Below are positions 1 to 12,600 of a stretch of 64,000 nt of DNA, piece after piece. The stretch is from Acanthaster planci. Taxonomy: Eukaryota. The notes beneath the pieces are model-generated. The model saw only the letters and a list, made by a program, of their open reading frames with translations. It was not told the DNA's origin and ran no database searches. Position numbers and translations under genes: made by a program. Where the stretch lies: positions 3,578,646 through 3,642,645 of the forward strand of contig NW_019091355.1 of the NCBI RefSeq assembly GCF_001949145.1, written 5' to 3'. How positions within the stretch are numbered: position 1 is the first letter of the stretch; every line of letters starts with the position of its first letter.

Positions 1-3000
1 TTTAAAATAACCGTTTTCTTTATTTTTCAAATGATTCAAATCTCACACCAGAAGAAGCCGACTTCAGTTTTGCACAAGAAATTTTGTTGTTGCTGTAGCT
101 CTTGTTTTGTTCATGCCCAGGATACTGACGGGTCATGTGCAGAAGGTTGATTGAAACTACTGTATTTGAAATTTGAATACACTGTATTGTGAAACCTGGC
201 AATTCATCCCAGCTTCATGGAAATCTTGAATAATTTTGTTGCCTATAGAAATGACAAGCAAATTAACTACAGCAGATGGTTATTTTTACGTTTTCCTCTG
301 CACTTGATTTCTCAGTCTTTTTTAGTGAATGTTATGAAGAAAAAAGTTGATTCGGGGAATTTCTTCAAATTGTAAGAATAACTGGTCTTTTCTCTTATGA
401 GACAAAAATCAGGATTTGTTTGATGTTCATAAATATGCGAGAATTCCACAATATTTCTGCACAGTGCACCTGTACATGTACACCATCAATGCAATATATA
501 CGAATTAGGGAAACATTGACGATGCAATAGGTTTTATTTACGTTGAGGAAAGGGTTAGTAGTCTTTGCCAATATTTCTGTTTCATTAGAAATGATTTCAA
601 TCTACATTGTACCTTTAACGTGGTATCTAATTGGCTTAAATCTGTCTCAGAGAAAGATGACATCATGGAATACATAACAGGGACAGGAAAGAAGGTGGAC
701 CCCCAATTTTAGACTGACCCATCATGCATTCAGAATAGTGTTTTGAAGAGGAGAGTACAGTGTAAATTGTGTATTGTATAGAGTAGGAATGACCGTGTAT
801 TGAATCAGGATTGAATCAGAGGGAGCTGGTTGTGTGAAGTGTTTTTGTTATGCTAATCTTGTTATTGATGTACACAAGGAGGCCTTGTGTACTATTGGTT
901 CAGTCCGTTTTATATGGTAGCTCCGTGGTTTAACATGTACTATTACTTCCACGGCCAGCCAGTGTACCATTCATTGATTACAGAAAGCTTTGTCTAGGAC
1001 TACTACCAAAGTTGATCTTGAGTACTGTAGTAGTAGACTACATGGGCCGTTATATGTGTACTATATGTACCGTCAATGTCAGTAACTGCAGTTCTGAGAT
1101 GTGTACCCTTGTAAACAGTCCATGGTTTGGCATGTTTGGTAGAAAACATCCATGAATCATGCGTCATACAGACACACCCAAATACATACGTGTACGTGTG
1201 TATGCTTTATGTGAGTTACTACTACTGGCACTTATTCCACCCACACCACCACCTTCACCGATGATTGAACTTATTGATTTTGAACTGAAATGAATCAGAC
1301 GTTGAACCATGGCCGTACTTTTGAAAAACTGTGCATCATTTCTCAAAGTGAATGTAAAACAAATTACCTGTAATACACTTACTCATAATACATGCTTGTA
1401 CATGTACGTGTAAGTCCTACAAAATACAAAATCAGATTTGAGCAGGCCGGCAAAATTTGTCAAGTTGGAACTGAAGTGTACATGTATGTAATCAGGCCTT
1501 TTTATCTGTTTCTGCATACATTTGTGTGTGCATGAAAGTTCCACAGTTTGACACAGATGTGGAGCGCACAGGTTCGTGTATTTGAACAAAAAATGTCTGT
1601 TTTGCTCAAGTAATTTTTACGAAAAAATGTACTTGTACTTTGCGTTTTTAACATTCGCATCATACCCATAGCCTTTAGATTGCTAAAAGCACACACACAT
1701 GTACATGTGGCAGGTAACTCTGAAAAATTCTAAATCTAGTGGCATACATGTACATGTACATGTATTTACCAGTATTTCAGTAAACTACGAGTAAGCATGC
1801 ATACATGTACATGTATGTGTATGCTGTTCTGTGTATTGCTAACTCAACCGTGGGTACCATGGCAACTTGCCCTCTGCTGTTTATGCTATTGTCAAGGGTG
1901 AGTGATCTCGGGTCAGGAGGTGATTCAAATGTCCCATTTCCTTTTTTTCTTCATCAATCAGGTCAAATGGTATGCTCCCTGCAAAACTATCAAAGCCCAG
2001 TCCCACTTGTGACAGAGAGGCTATAAAAGGAAACTTCTACATTTACATGTACGGTACATTGTACTAAAGGACGTGGTGCAGTGGATCAATGGGCCTACTG
2101 CCTGCCACCCAGTGCAAATATGCCAAAGATTGGTGAAATTACTCTCGATTACCTCCATGTCAGATGTGCATGCATGCGAATGGTCATGTGATGTGTTGCC
2201 CCTGAAGAGAATGTTTCCCCAAGGATATTGTTAGTAAATAAATCTTCCTCAAACATTGGTGAAGGGCAAAACTAAAAAACAAACAAACATAAACAAAACC
2301 AACAGAAAAAACTTCCTCACATGTTCATTTATGGAGCTCATATTGTTATCATGTCTGTTTTCAGAGATAAAAATACTATGTGATGTACCAGGTACTTATT
2401 TTAAGCTCAAACTAGAAATAACAGTTGTCTGAACAGTTCTAGCAGACAGTTCATAAGATAAAACTTGTTCCATCAGCTATCCTTGGCAAAACCCTTTTCA
2501 GAGAAGCTCTCTATGACTGTCTTGCCATCCAGATGATGAGCTTAACTGCAGCTGAAGATCCAACAACAATAAGAAACCTGTCAACTCCTTTGCATTGTGT
2601 CCCCGTGTGGATACAAATTTCTACTGTTTTCTTCTTTTTGAGTCGCACAGAGATTGTGTGTGTCATTGTTACAAGACTTTAAGACTTGTAACAGATTTCT
2701 TAAGACTCCTAGGAAATCTTACATGTACAGCATACTGGTTGGTTGGAACTTTTCATATTGACCAGTCATTGCCCACTCCATCCCACAAGGCCACCCTACT
2801 CTTACTTTCATTTTGCTTACGAATGTACAACTCTGATTAATGCAGTTTTAGAAAAAAATCTGTGTGATCAATAAAGTCAGTGGAGTTCGTTTGTTTTTTT
2901 GAAAATTAAACTAGAGTTCATGCCCTGGATCGTGTGAATTAGCAGCAGTAGAATTTTCAGTTGACAGAGAATACCGGGAGGAGAGAGGTTTAGCATTCAA

Positions 3001-3062
3001 ATTATAGTACATACACGTACATGTACATTTATGTGTAAAAACAAATGTGCTAAAATGTTTAA

Positions 3063-3375
3063 CCCTAACAGTTCTTCACAAAATGTAGCTTGCCATACTC
3101 AGTACTTAAAGTGCTTAAAGCAGTAGTGTGAGCCTGGAGGATCTAGTGCTACAAATTACTACTTCTGCCTGGGGCACCCTCCATTGTTACTCATACAGAG
3201 AACAATAAAGTTGTGCATTTACAGTGCCAGAGCACTGTATGGTACATTGTCTTATTTATTGTATTTTGTGGCTTCACAGAACAATAAGGTCATGTCCTCT
3301 TACAAGCGACAGCGCTGAATATTACATTTTACTACAACACTAAGTTGTATTTTGTAGCATTCAGGGCTGTTAGGG
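3063..3375. mobile_element. piggyBac-type MITE (CCCTAACAG termini)
   Basis: TTAA (3059-3062) + CCCTAACAG ... CTGTTAGGG + TTAA (3376-3379); internal degenerate duplication; no ORF. Confidence 0.65.
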
Positions 3376-3768
3376 TTAAAGTAATAGGCCATTGGGATGC
3401 TTCCTTATTATTTCCAAAGATATGTACGTTTATATATTTATACAAAGTGTATTTTAATGTAATACAATATTTCATGGATCCTTTCATATAATCTACTGTA
3501 CGTGTATACTAAAATGGGTTAGAATGATTCACCTGTCAGTTCATTTAGTTAAATGTTGATGAATCACAATGCTTAAATGTACAGTCTCAGCCAGGGTTGG
3601 TATTGTTCTCAGAACCGCTTTTTTTGTTGATGAACTCTGGCATTTTTCAGCATTGGTAATGGCATCTATTGTCTTATTGTTTCTTTTGAGAAATGCACAC
3701 CATTTCAAAATGCAAATTATACGCGGTTTCTGATCTTGATCCATAATTGTCCTTCTGTCCAGTCAGCT

Positions 3769-6655
3769 ATGCCAGTGTCTAGTCTGGTGCCTGAGGGAAC
3801 CGTCAAGGTCTCCGTCAGCGATGTGCTGGAAGTGCGTGGTGGGCCGCTCAATGAAGAGGAACTCTGGAGCGTGCTCTGTCAGAGTGCCAAGGCCCTGCAG
3901 GACGTGTTCTTGAAAGGTGGGTGGTTCAAGAGACTCTATTCATCCCTTCAAGAACTTCATGGAGGTGTCGGAGGTGCTTTGCCTCGATGCCCCTGGTCTT
4001 TGCTGTGTTGCTATTCCAAATGTTCCCAATTCCCATCGGACAAGTTGAGTTTCTTATGCAAGTGCTCTTCGCAAAGGAGACATTGCCTTGCTCCTTCTAG
4101 AGCGATATCTTGCCCTGCCCTCCCTTGATTTAAACTGAAAAAATTCACTCATTCGTGTAGACTGCTTGACAGGGAGGGTAGTCATAAATTACAACCCTCC
4201 AAGAACCTTCATCATCCATGGTGTACAAGGAGCTGAGCTGTGGTCAAGTACATTGAATATATGTATGTTTTTAACTACCAAATACTTCAGGCAGATGTTT
4301 TGTTGTGGAAGTATTTGCTAGTGTTTGCATAAATGCAGCTTTGACCATACCAATCTTAATATCTGGTAATAAAGTTGGTGCTTGCAAACCACATGTCTTT
4401 AATTGTCTGTGGTTTAACCTTACGATAGGATATTTAAACAACAGTGTATAATAGGCCAACAGTGAAGCACACAAAATGAGGCACTTCCAGTAAGGCCTAT
4501 GATAAATGACCTTGATGACCGTACGAAAACAATGTAATGAATAAATGAACCATCATGACCATGGGACTTGCACCAAACAATCTTATGCAAGCTGTGTACA
4601 TGTAGGACTGTATGGGGAAGTGGCTTTCCCAAAATATTTATATATTAGGAGGAGGGTCGATTTTAGCTGGGTCAATATTGGTTTTCCTACTGACCCACTC
4701 AAGCTCGTGATTATGAATTTAACTTCAAAAAAACTTGCCCCATACGCTTTTGAATGCAGAAGTAGTATGAATTGTTGCATATGTCAGAGAAGCAATAAAC
4801 CATACAGTTTCCTTGAAATAGTGGACTATGAGTGCGATGGGGAATGTAGTATATGGGATTCATTTACTAGTCAGTTGCCATGGATTGACCAATCAGGATA
4901 ACAGATTCAAGTTTGCTTAAAGACTAACATCTGTACCTGGGCCACTGGATCGGGCGTAGCAGCTCGTGAAGCCCACTGAGTGCAAATTTCTTCCAAACTT
5001 TTGGCACTCTAAAAATGTTCCTGTGTTTTCTTCTTTCCAACAGGTGAGGCGGTTGTCCAGGGCACGCCGCGCTTTGTTCTCTGTCCCTACACGCTCCATT
5101 TCACACCCAGCGGACGCGTTACCTTTGCCGAGACGATTGACCCGACTCTTCCCAACATCCGGGACTTCCTGTCTCCTGAGGTTCTAACTGGCCATCTGAA
5201 CCCGTCTGATGTTGCCGTGGAGAAGGTTGGTTGTGCTTTTATATCCCATTGAAATGAAAGACAAGTTCACTAAAAGATGATAGTCGGGCACACTGGCTGA
5301 TAGTTTTTCAGATTTGATAGTTTTTATCGTTTCTTAATTGCCACAGAGGCCAAGTGTAATTGTACCTCTCTCACAATCATTTCAATCTAAAGTGGATTTG
5401 ACCAAATTCTGTGATACCGATGGCAAACTGTCATAACTCTGTGTGATTGTTTTTTATATCTTTAGGGTTTAAAAAAGTAGTCCTTTGTTTTTGTTTTCTT
5501 AATACTCTACAGATGTTGGTGTACTCACTTGGTATGACGTTATTCTGGGCGTCTGAGTATTCCACCCCAGCAGGCAGCAGGCCAGCGCTGACCCGTGACC
5601 TTCATTCCATCCTACGTGCAATGACCAACACCAACGCTGACTCCAGGGTGGCGTTGATACACATCCTGGAGGTACAACCACAGTCCCTCAAACACTGATT
5701 GATTTCGAGTTTTGTGGAAAAACATTTGAGCCAAAGTGTGTGGGAGTGAACCAAATTAAAGATGCACTCCCGTCCTACTGGTTTGCTTCCTAATGCATTC
5801 GTAGGCATTGACCTCATTAGGTCACTTTAGTCAACCTCGACTCCATGGGCTGTGTGCACATTCCCTCAAAGATCTTGAAGGGCTTGGTGCCAGAACCAAT
5901 ATGGCATGGCAAGATCGTACCCAAGGGAACGAGGTTGCACTTAAGTACACTGCAGGTGCTGGATGGTGCTATTTAAAAAAATGTTAATGAACACCCACGA
6001 TGTAGCAACATGTTTTTATTTGTATTACTTTTTTTTAAATGAGACATTGCTTCAGTAATGTGATAATCTGTGAAGATAAAGATGAAAAGGATACACAAAT
6101 CTATCATTAAATCTGGTTTTAGGGAACATTCAGAATACTATAGAATCCCATTAAATGTAAAAAGAATAATGTTGGCAGGTGCGAAACAGTACCTTACAGC
6201 CTTCTAAAAGTATAAATGAAACAGGAAACTGGATATGACCAGCTTTTTTGTAGTAGAGGTGATTCAGTTCCAAAGTTAGGTACAATTTTTCTGCCAGTTC
6301 ATCAGCTGTTGTCCATAAAATTGCAGCTCTCTCATTAGACTAAGCGTTTTCAGTTCATTTTTTACTGTAAGCAATCTGCAGGTTTTTGCAGGGTTCTGCA
6401 ACCTACATGCTGTCTAATTCAGCGAAATTTTTGCAAGTACTGGAAACCATACGATACCAGTTTGTAAAACAGTTTATTTGGTGGTGATGATTTTGAGCAG
6501 TGGACTTAATTATGAAAACTTCGAGTGACTCGCACTTTCCAAATTGCACTGTCTTACAGGCGTGTACTCTTCACGCGTGTCAGACGCGCATGGGTTTACC
6601 GTATGCGCACCATGTGATGAAACTCAGCCGGATTGTCATGGGCAGCGTATACGAG
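3769..6655 (+). other. PTPN13: KIND domain-encoding exons of PTPN13
   Basis: Spliced translation VSVSDVLEVRGGPLNEEELWSVLCQSAKALQDVF...FLSPEVL...MLVYSLGMTLFWASEY matches the PTPN13 N-terminal KIND domain. Confidence 0.85.
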
Positions 6656-9600
6656 GTATGAAGGCGCAGATTCGAGAGTTTTGTAATGAAGAGCAGTTCA
6701 GCTTGTCTAATCCAAGACGTACATTCCAAAGTGAAAACTGCATCTATGTACACGTTCTGTGTTCATAAACCGTCCCAGTCCTCAACATTTCAAAACCCCT
6801 TTTGCCTGAGTATATTGGCCAATAGAGTCAGAATATGCACACTTCAAAGTCCCTTGACTCTTGTATACAAATCTCTTCCATGGTTGGTAGAATTTTCATT
6901 GGGCAGATGCAAACTTGAATATTGTAGATTGGCCATACTGTGTCGGCAGTTCAGTGTCCGAGGATATGTATATAAGTGGCCGGGCCAGGACAGTTCATGA
7001 TTTGAACCTGCATGTTAAATGTCCTGTCTTTGTGTTTCACTCGGTGTTATGTAAACTCGAGAGAATGATGCAGAAACCGATTAAGTGCTTCAATTTCTCC
7101 ATGAAATTTAAACTACTTTAAGGAAATGGGATTTCTTGACTTGAATCAATAATCTGTGATTTGTTGTTTTTGTTTGTTCGTATAAATTGTATAAAATAAA
7201 TTGTATAAATTTGTAAAATTGTTAAATTACATGGCCCCCTCGTACTTTGTTGTCTCACTGCAGCTTGATAAGCTGGTACATCCGTACAGCCCTGGGGATG
7301 AGGTTGATGCTGACCTTAACAGCAGTAACCCCCTCAATGGGAGTGGTTCCTTTGTGCAGAATGGGGGGCCACTGGAACATAACAGGAATTCAGGTAAGCT
7401 AAAAAAAGACAAAACAATTCCTCTGTGGTCTACAATTTTCATTTTTCTACAGGTCTTATAGAAAACGAAATGTTTTGATACCCTTGGACTGTTTAGCTTA
7501 CAAGATAATGTGAATCTAAAATTTACTGGAGGCAAAATGAATACGGGCAATTCACAGTAGAGTGTGCCACCAGGAGTTTACTGCAGACAGGCCAATTTTC
7601 AAGTTTATGGTGGACACGGTGCCATGATTGAGCGCAATTTAGTATGTAACTTGAAGATATTTGATTGAGTGTTCCCTGCACCATACGAAACCGTCATTTT
7701 GACCACCCTAGCACCCATTTGTAATAAGCAATTTCGAAGTTTCAACTAAGATAAACAAATCAAAAAATGTAAGTTTCCCGCAATTAACGAACGAGTCTCT
7801 GTAGACTATTTTTCCCATGATGCACTACAAAAAGGCCTCTCAATGACAACCTCTTAGTGGCACACGGCATGTGGAATTGTCCGTATTGCAAAAGGGAAGA
7901 CTTGCCACAGTCACACTGAGGAATTTTTTTGGGGACTGATTCTGGTTTCTGATTCTTGGTGTTCAGTCAGACTTGGTGGTGTTTTACTAACCAACTCAAC
8001 GTTTGTTTTTCTGTTTTCTCGTTTATTTTGGGTGTGTTCTAACCGATCACCGTTACCCTCTGCTCCTCTTGGCACCCTGTCGTCTCTCAGACTCTTTCTT
8101 CGCTCTGCCGTATCTCACCCATCAAGATGTGCAACCCTTCTATCAAAATCTTCCTCCCCCCTACCACTTCCAAGATTTCCGGCCCTGTGCCTGCAGCTCC
8201 CTGGCCTACTCTCCGTGTAAGTCTGGCCTCTGTAGCTGGGCCGTCTGAACCTGTTCCTCACTGTTGAGGGTTCCAGTGTGGCTTAGGACAGAGAGCAGGG
8301 GATGGGCTGAAGTTTGCATTTCTGCATCCAGGGTGGGAGTCTTACAACTTCTGCAACTCGCATTCCATCCCGAACATTCGTTCAGTGAAATGCACTGGAT
8401 GGGAACTTAAATACAGCTTGTTGCACAGTGATAAGAAAAATGTGTGTCTAACCAGCACCATATTAATATTCCCACATCAAAACGTCTGTTTTTCTTAGCC
8501 CTGCACGAGGTGTCGTTTTCATATTGGAGAGAAGTACATGTAATTTGACGATTTGCCGTCACTTGTCCAAAAACAGCAAACTCTGTATGGACTCATTGAA
8601 ATCAGGTAACAAAGTTGGTGCAAAATTGGCTGCGAATTGATGAAATTGGCCTGAAATGGAAATTAGCTGGTAAACAAGAAAATTGCTGATTTTTTGAAAA
8701 TCTGCAAAGAATAATTTCTTTTGTGAAAATTTTTGTTTCCTGTAATCTTTGACTCAGATTCTAATTTGAGTCAGGTAAATTCAAGTCTGGTGATCACTGG
8801 GCCCTGCTGCTACTGTGGCTTGCTGATGATTATTGATTTCTTGGTTGGCAAGGAATGCTGTTCTAGTGCAGTATTTTTAATGACATTACTTGACAAATTG
8901 AACAAGGGAAAATGATGAAGGCTAGGCAGTAATTAAACAGATATTTCATATTGTAAGATCACTGATGTGCTGTTTTGTTTTAGGGCGTTTGAGTCCTAGC
9001 AAGAGGCCTAATTATCATCATAACTTTAACAACAATGCTACATCGAACAAGCGGCCCCGCTCAGCAAAAGACAGTCGCCATTACCTCCACGAACTCCCGG
9101 ATAGCAGTCATCACAGCCGCGCACACTCCACGCATCGTCCATCCAATATCAGCACAAGCACGATGGACTCCCGAGAGAGCGACGAGGAGGCCGGGGGCAT
9201 GCGGGACTCCCTGCTGCCACACCACCGGACTCACCGGACGACGGGCGTGGACGAGACTGGCCGGTCCTACCACCTATCGGACATCCCAACACTGTCATCC
9301 GGTGACAGGTCGAGAGAGCGATCTCGGGACGGGTCACGAGGGAGGTCGCTCTCGAGGTCGAGGGAAGGGTCACGGGGGAGATCCGGAGAAAGGTCAAGAG
9401 AGCGATCCGCGGACAGATTCAGCCGGAAATCACACTCACCAAGCTCTCAGGCCAACGCGGTGTACGACAGACTCTACGAGAGGCGGGAGCGTTTGCGCCT
9501 GCTGAGGGAGCAGCTGGGCATCAGGCACCGTGACCTGGACATCAGGAGACCACTACTTGGATACCACAGTGACGGAGGAACGATGAGCGATGATGGCAGT

Positions 9601-12600
9601 GAGGTGGAAGGAGGTCAGGAGCCAAAGGTCAGAGCTAGATCACTTAAGTCGTTGACCTCAATGGAGTCCGCCCAGGAGGGTAAGTATTTCATTTTCAAGT
9701 TCAATGTAAGTCTGAGGCAGACAGGATGTTTCTGTTTATTGTGTTTCAAAATTTGACTGAATGAAGCCACTCCCTTCCAACTTAGTCTTAAAGCAAAATT
9801 CACAAGACAAACTGTAAATTCCCATGGTAAAGAGCCTACTTCAACACATTAAAGAAACCAACATTTCCTTGTAATTTGCTGCACACAGTAAATAAATTCA
9901 AAAGGTATCACTTGTGAATTACAATTTAGCCTCAGAGTACTTTTTTAGACTATATTCTGAGCTTGACCACAAAATGGTAATAAATGTACTTGAGTGTTCT
10001 TAGATGCATCTTAAACATGAACAGAGCAAGAAGTCAATAGGATTTTTTTTTTTTTGATAAATTTGTATTACATTTTGAAATAGGGAGTTTCTACCCTGAC
10101 CAACACCAGTATGGGTCATCAGATTCTCTGTCCACCGAACGCGGCCGGTCACTCAACCGCCGGGCTCAGGTCCAGGGGACGGAGCGCAGCGTGCCGGACC
10201 ATTCCTCCCGACCCTTACCCAAGGCTACCTCATTGCGCCGTGCGGAGAGCGCCCCCAGGCAACAAATGGGTAGAGTCTCCGAGAGGGTACCAGTGAACGG
10301 TCTGGCATCACCCGCAGGAAATGGTACAAGGGAACCTCCAGCTGGAAAAAAGAAACTCAAGGTAGGACCCGTTTCAAACGTTAAAGCTTGGTTTTCCCTG
10401 GTTGTGGAAACCTGGGAATGTCGTGTAATATTTTGAAAATCATTATCCAGTCTTGGAACTCACTGGAATTTCTAACAGTCCCAAAAGTCATGGGAAAAGT
10501 CTTGGAATTTAATTGTGAGAACCAATTTTGATTACATTGTAAACTTCACGTTTTAACTTAAATCTTTTATAGCTGACCAAAAATTGACAAATTTCACTGA
10601 CACAGGCTTTTTGATTTTGAATTTTTACCTCTCGAGGTCACCGTTAGGAACGCAATAAAACACCAAACAAATTTTCCTTGGACCGTTTGTTAGTGCATGT
10701 TTGAAAGGGCTACTTGTCTCCCTGTTCATTATTTTATGCTGTTGTGCTGACGTGACTCTGCATTCTGTTTTTCACTCTTCTTTGTTTGGACAGAAATTTT
10801 TTGGACCTGAGTTTGTGGTGATGAGTAGTACTGCCAATGAATCCTTGGACATGTCCCCGTCTATATTGGTGAGTACAGTTCGCTCTCGTGCTTAACTTAA
10901 CATGCCATGCGTAGTGTATATCAGAGGTGCGGTTTCTTAGGATTTCAGGATTTTTACCCTGAATCGTGGATTTTTGACGGTTTCATAATCAGTCATATCT
11001 TGCTAAAAGCCAGAACGAAAAATAAACAGAAACCAAATGTGGGTTTCATGTAATCACAGTCATTTGGGAACTCATGCCTTTATAATCATTAAAAACTGAC
11101 AAATCACAGCGTTTCATCGGTGTCATTGTTAGAACTAGCCCCAGGTCTGGACAATTTCAGTCACCCAATCTCACCTCTAGTACAGAGAGAGTAAAATCAA
11201 AAGTTTGAAAATATGCCTGTGGCATGGTGTAATTGAAAAAAATGAGAATACATGTGGCCAGGCATCATTGGCCAGTATAAATCAGAGATGTAATTCTCTT
11301 AAGTATCTGGTAGCCCTTTAAAGACCAACCGAACAGGCCAACTAGTAAGTTATTAGCAACACTAATTTCAATTCAGGTTTTTATTTACAATTGCCCCTGA
11401 AATGTTTAATAATTCACTTGAACTTGTGCTTTTCTTGTTCAGTGCAAAGCCGGTAAAATTCCCCCGGACCGCAAGAAGGTCACCGTGGTGCTCCTGAACG
11501 GCCGCCGTCTTGACCTCATGTGTGACCTCGGGACCAAAGGTCAGGAAATGTTTGACATAGTGACCTCCCACATGGGTCTGAGCGAGAAGGTGTATTTTGG
11601 GCTGGCTTACATCAGAGGTATGGCACAGTTTTTTTTTTTCACAAACAATCTCGTTCATTATATTTTTCCAGCGTGGACTATGTTAACGTGGAATAAACTT
11701 GACTGTCACGTTGTAAGGCAAAGTTGACCGTAAAGTGTCAAACTGCATGGGAAACGCATGTCTTCTCACATATTTTGCAAAAAAGTGTCAAGATTTACAT
11801 GCAAGAATGAAATTAGAATTGAAATAAAACTCTCGTTTATGAAGTAATTTCAATGCAACTTTTTTGCAAAAATGGGTTTTGCCATTTAATGAAATGTTCC
11901 AACTTTTTCAAGTTAAGCTCCATTGCAACATGATACCTCAGCCACAATAAAAGTGGGAGGTTCATGGTCCCAATTTTACCATAGCCCTGGGTCTCGTTCT
12001 GTTTGTTCACTGGTGCACGAACCTAACATTCAAAGCTATTTTTACTGGTTTTTGTAAACTTTTCAGATGGGGAGTACTTCTTTCTAGACTCTGACGAGAA
12101 GCTGTTTAAAGTCGGCCCGGAATCCTGGAAGGAAGAGGTCAAAAAGGGGTCAAAGAAGGTCATTGCCACAGACAAGTTTACGCTTTTTTTCCGAATCAAG
12201 TTCTACCTGGAGAACACGGCTCTGTTGAAGTGAGTAGAAAATCCCCCCCCCCGAATTTCAGTGGTAGTCTGCCACCGTGCACCGGTTGCTCACATTATCC
12301 TCTAGACATGTGCACGTTCAAAGTAGTTGTTTGCATTCCTGGTGTCAACCATCTAGGAAGATTTTGATTAATGTGTAAATATGGAAACCTCCAGTCCAAA
12401 GTGTGATAAAAAATACAGGATTTGTAACAAAATTGAAAAATTGATAAATTATAGTGGCTGAAAATATCGTCTTGTACAAATATGCAATGCTGTGTGTACA
12501 TGAGTCATGTAGTGGTTTCATTTGATGGGCATCATCTTTGCACAGGGACCAACTCACCCGCCACCAGTACTATTTGCAGCTGCGGAGGGATATCCTTGAA

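Noticed and set aside
1380..2060. Cluster of TACATGTA palindromes
   Set aside because: A simple low-complexity motif scattered through the window; no specific structure can be supported.
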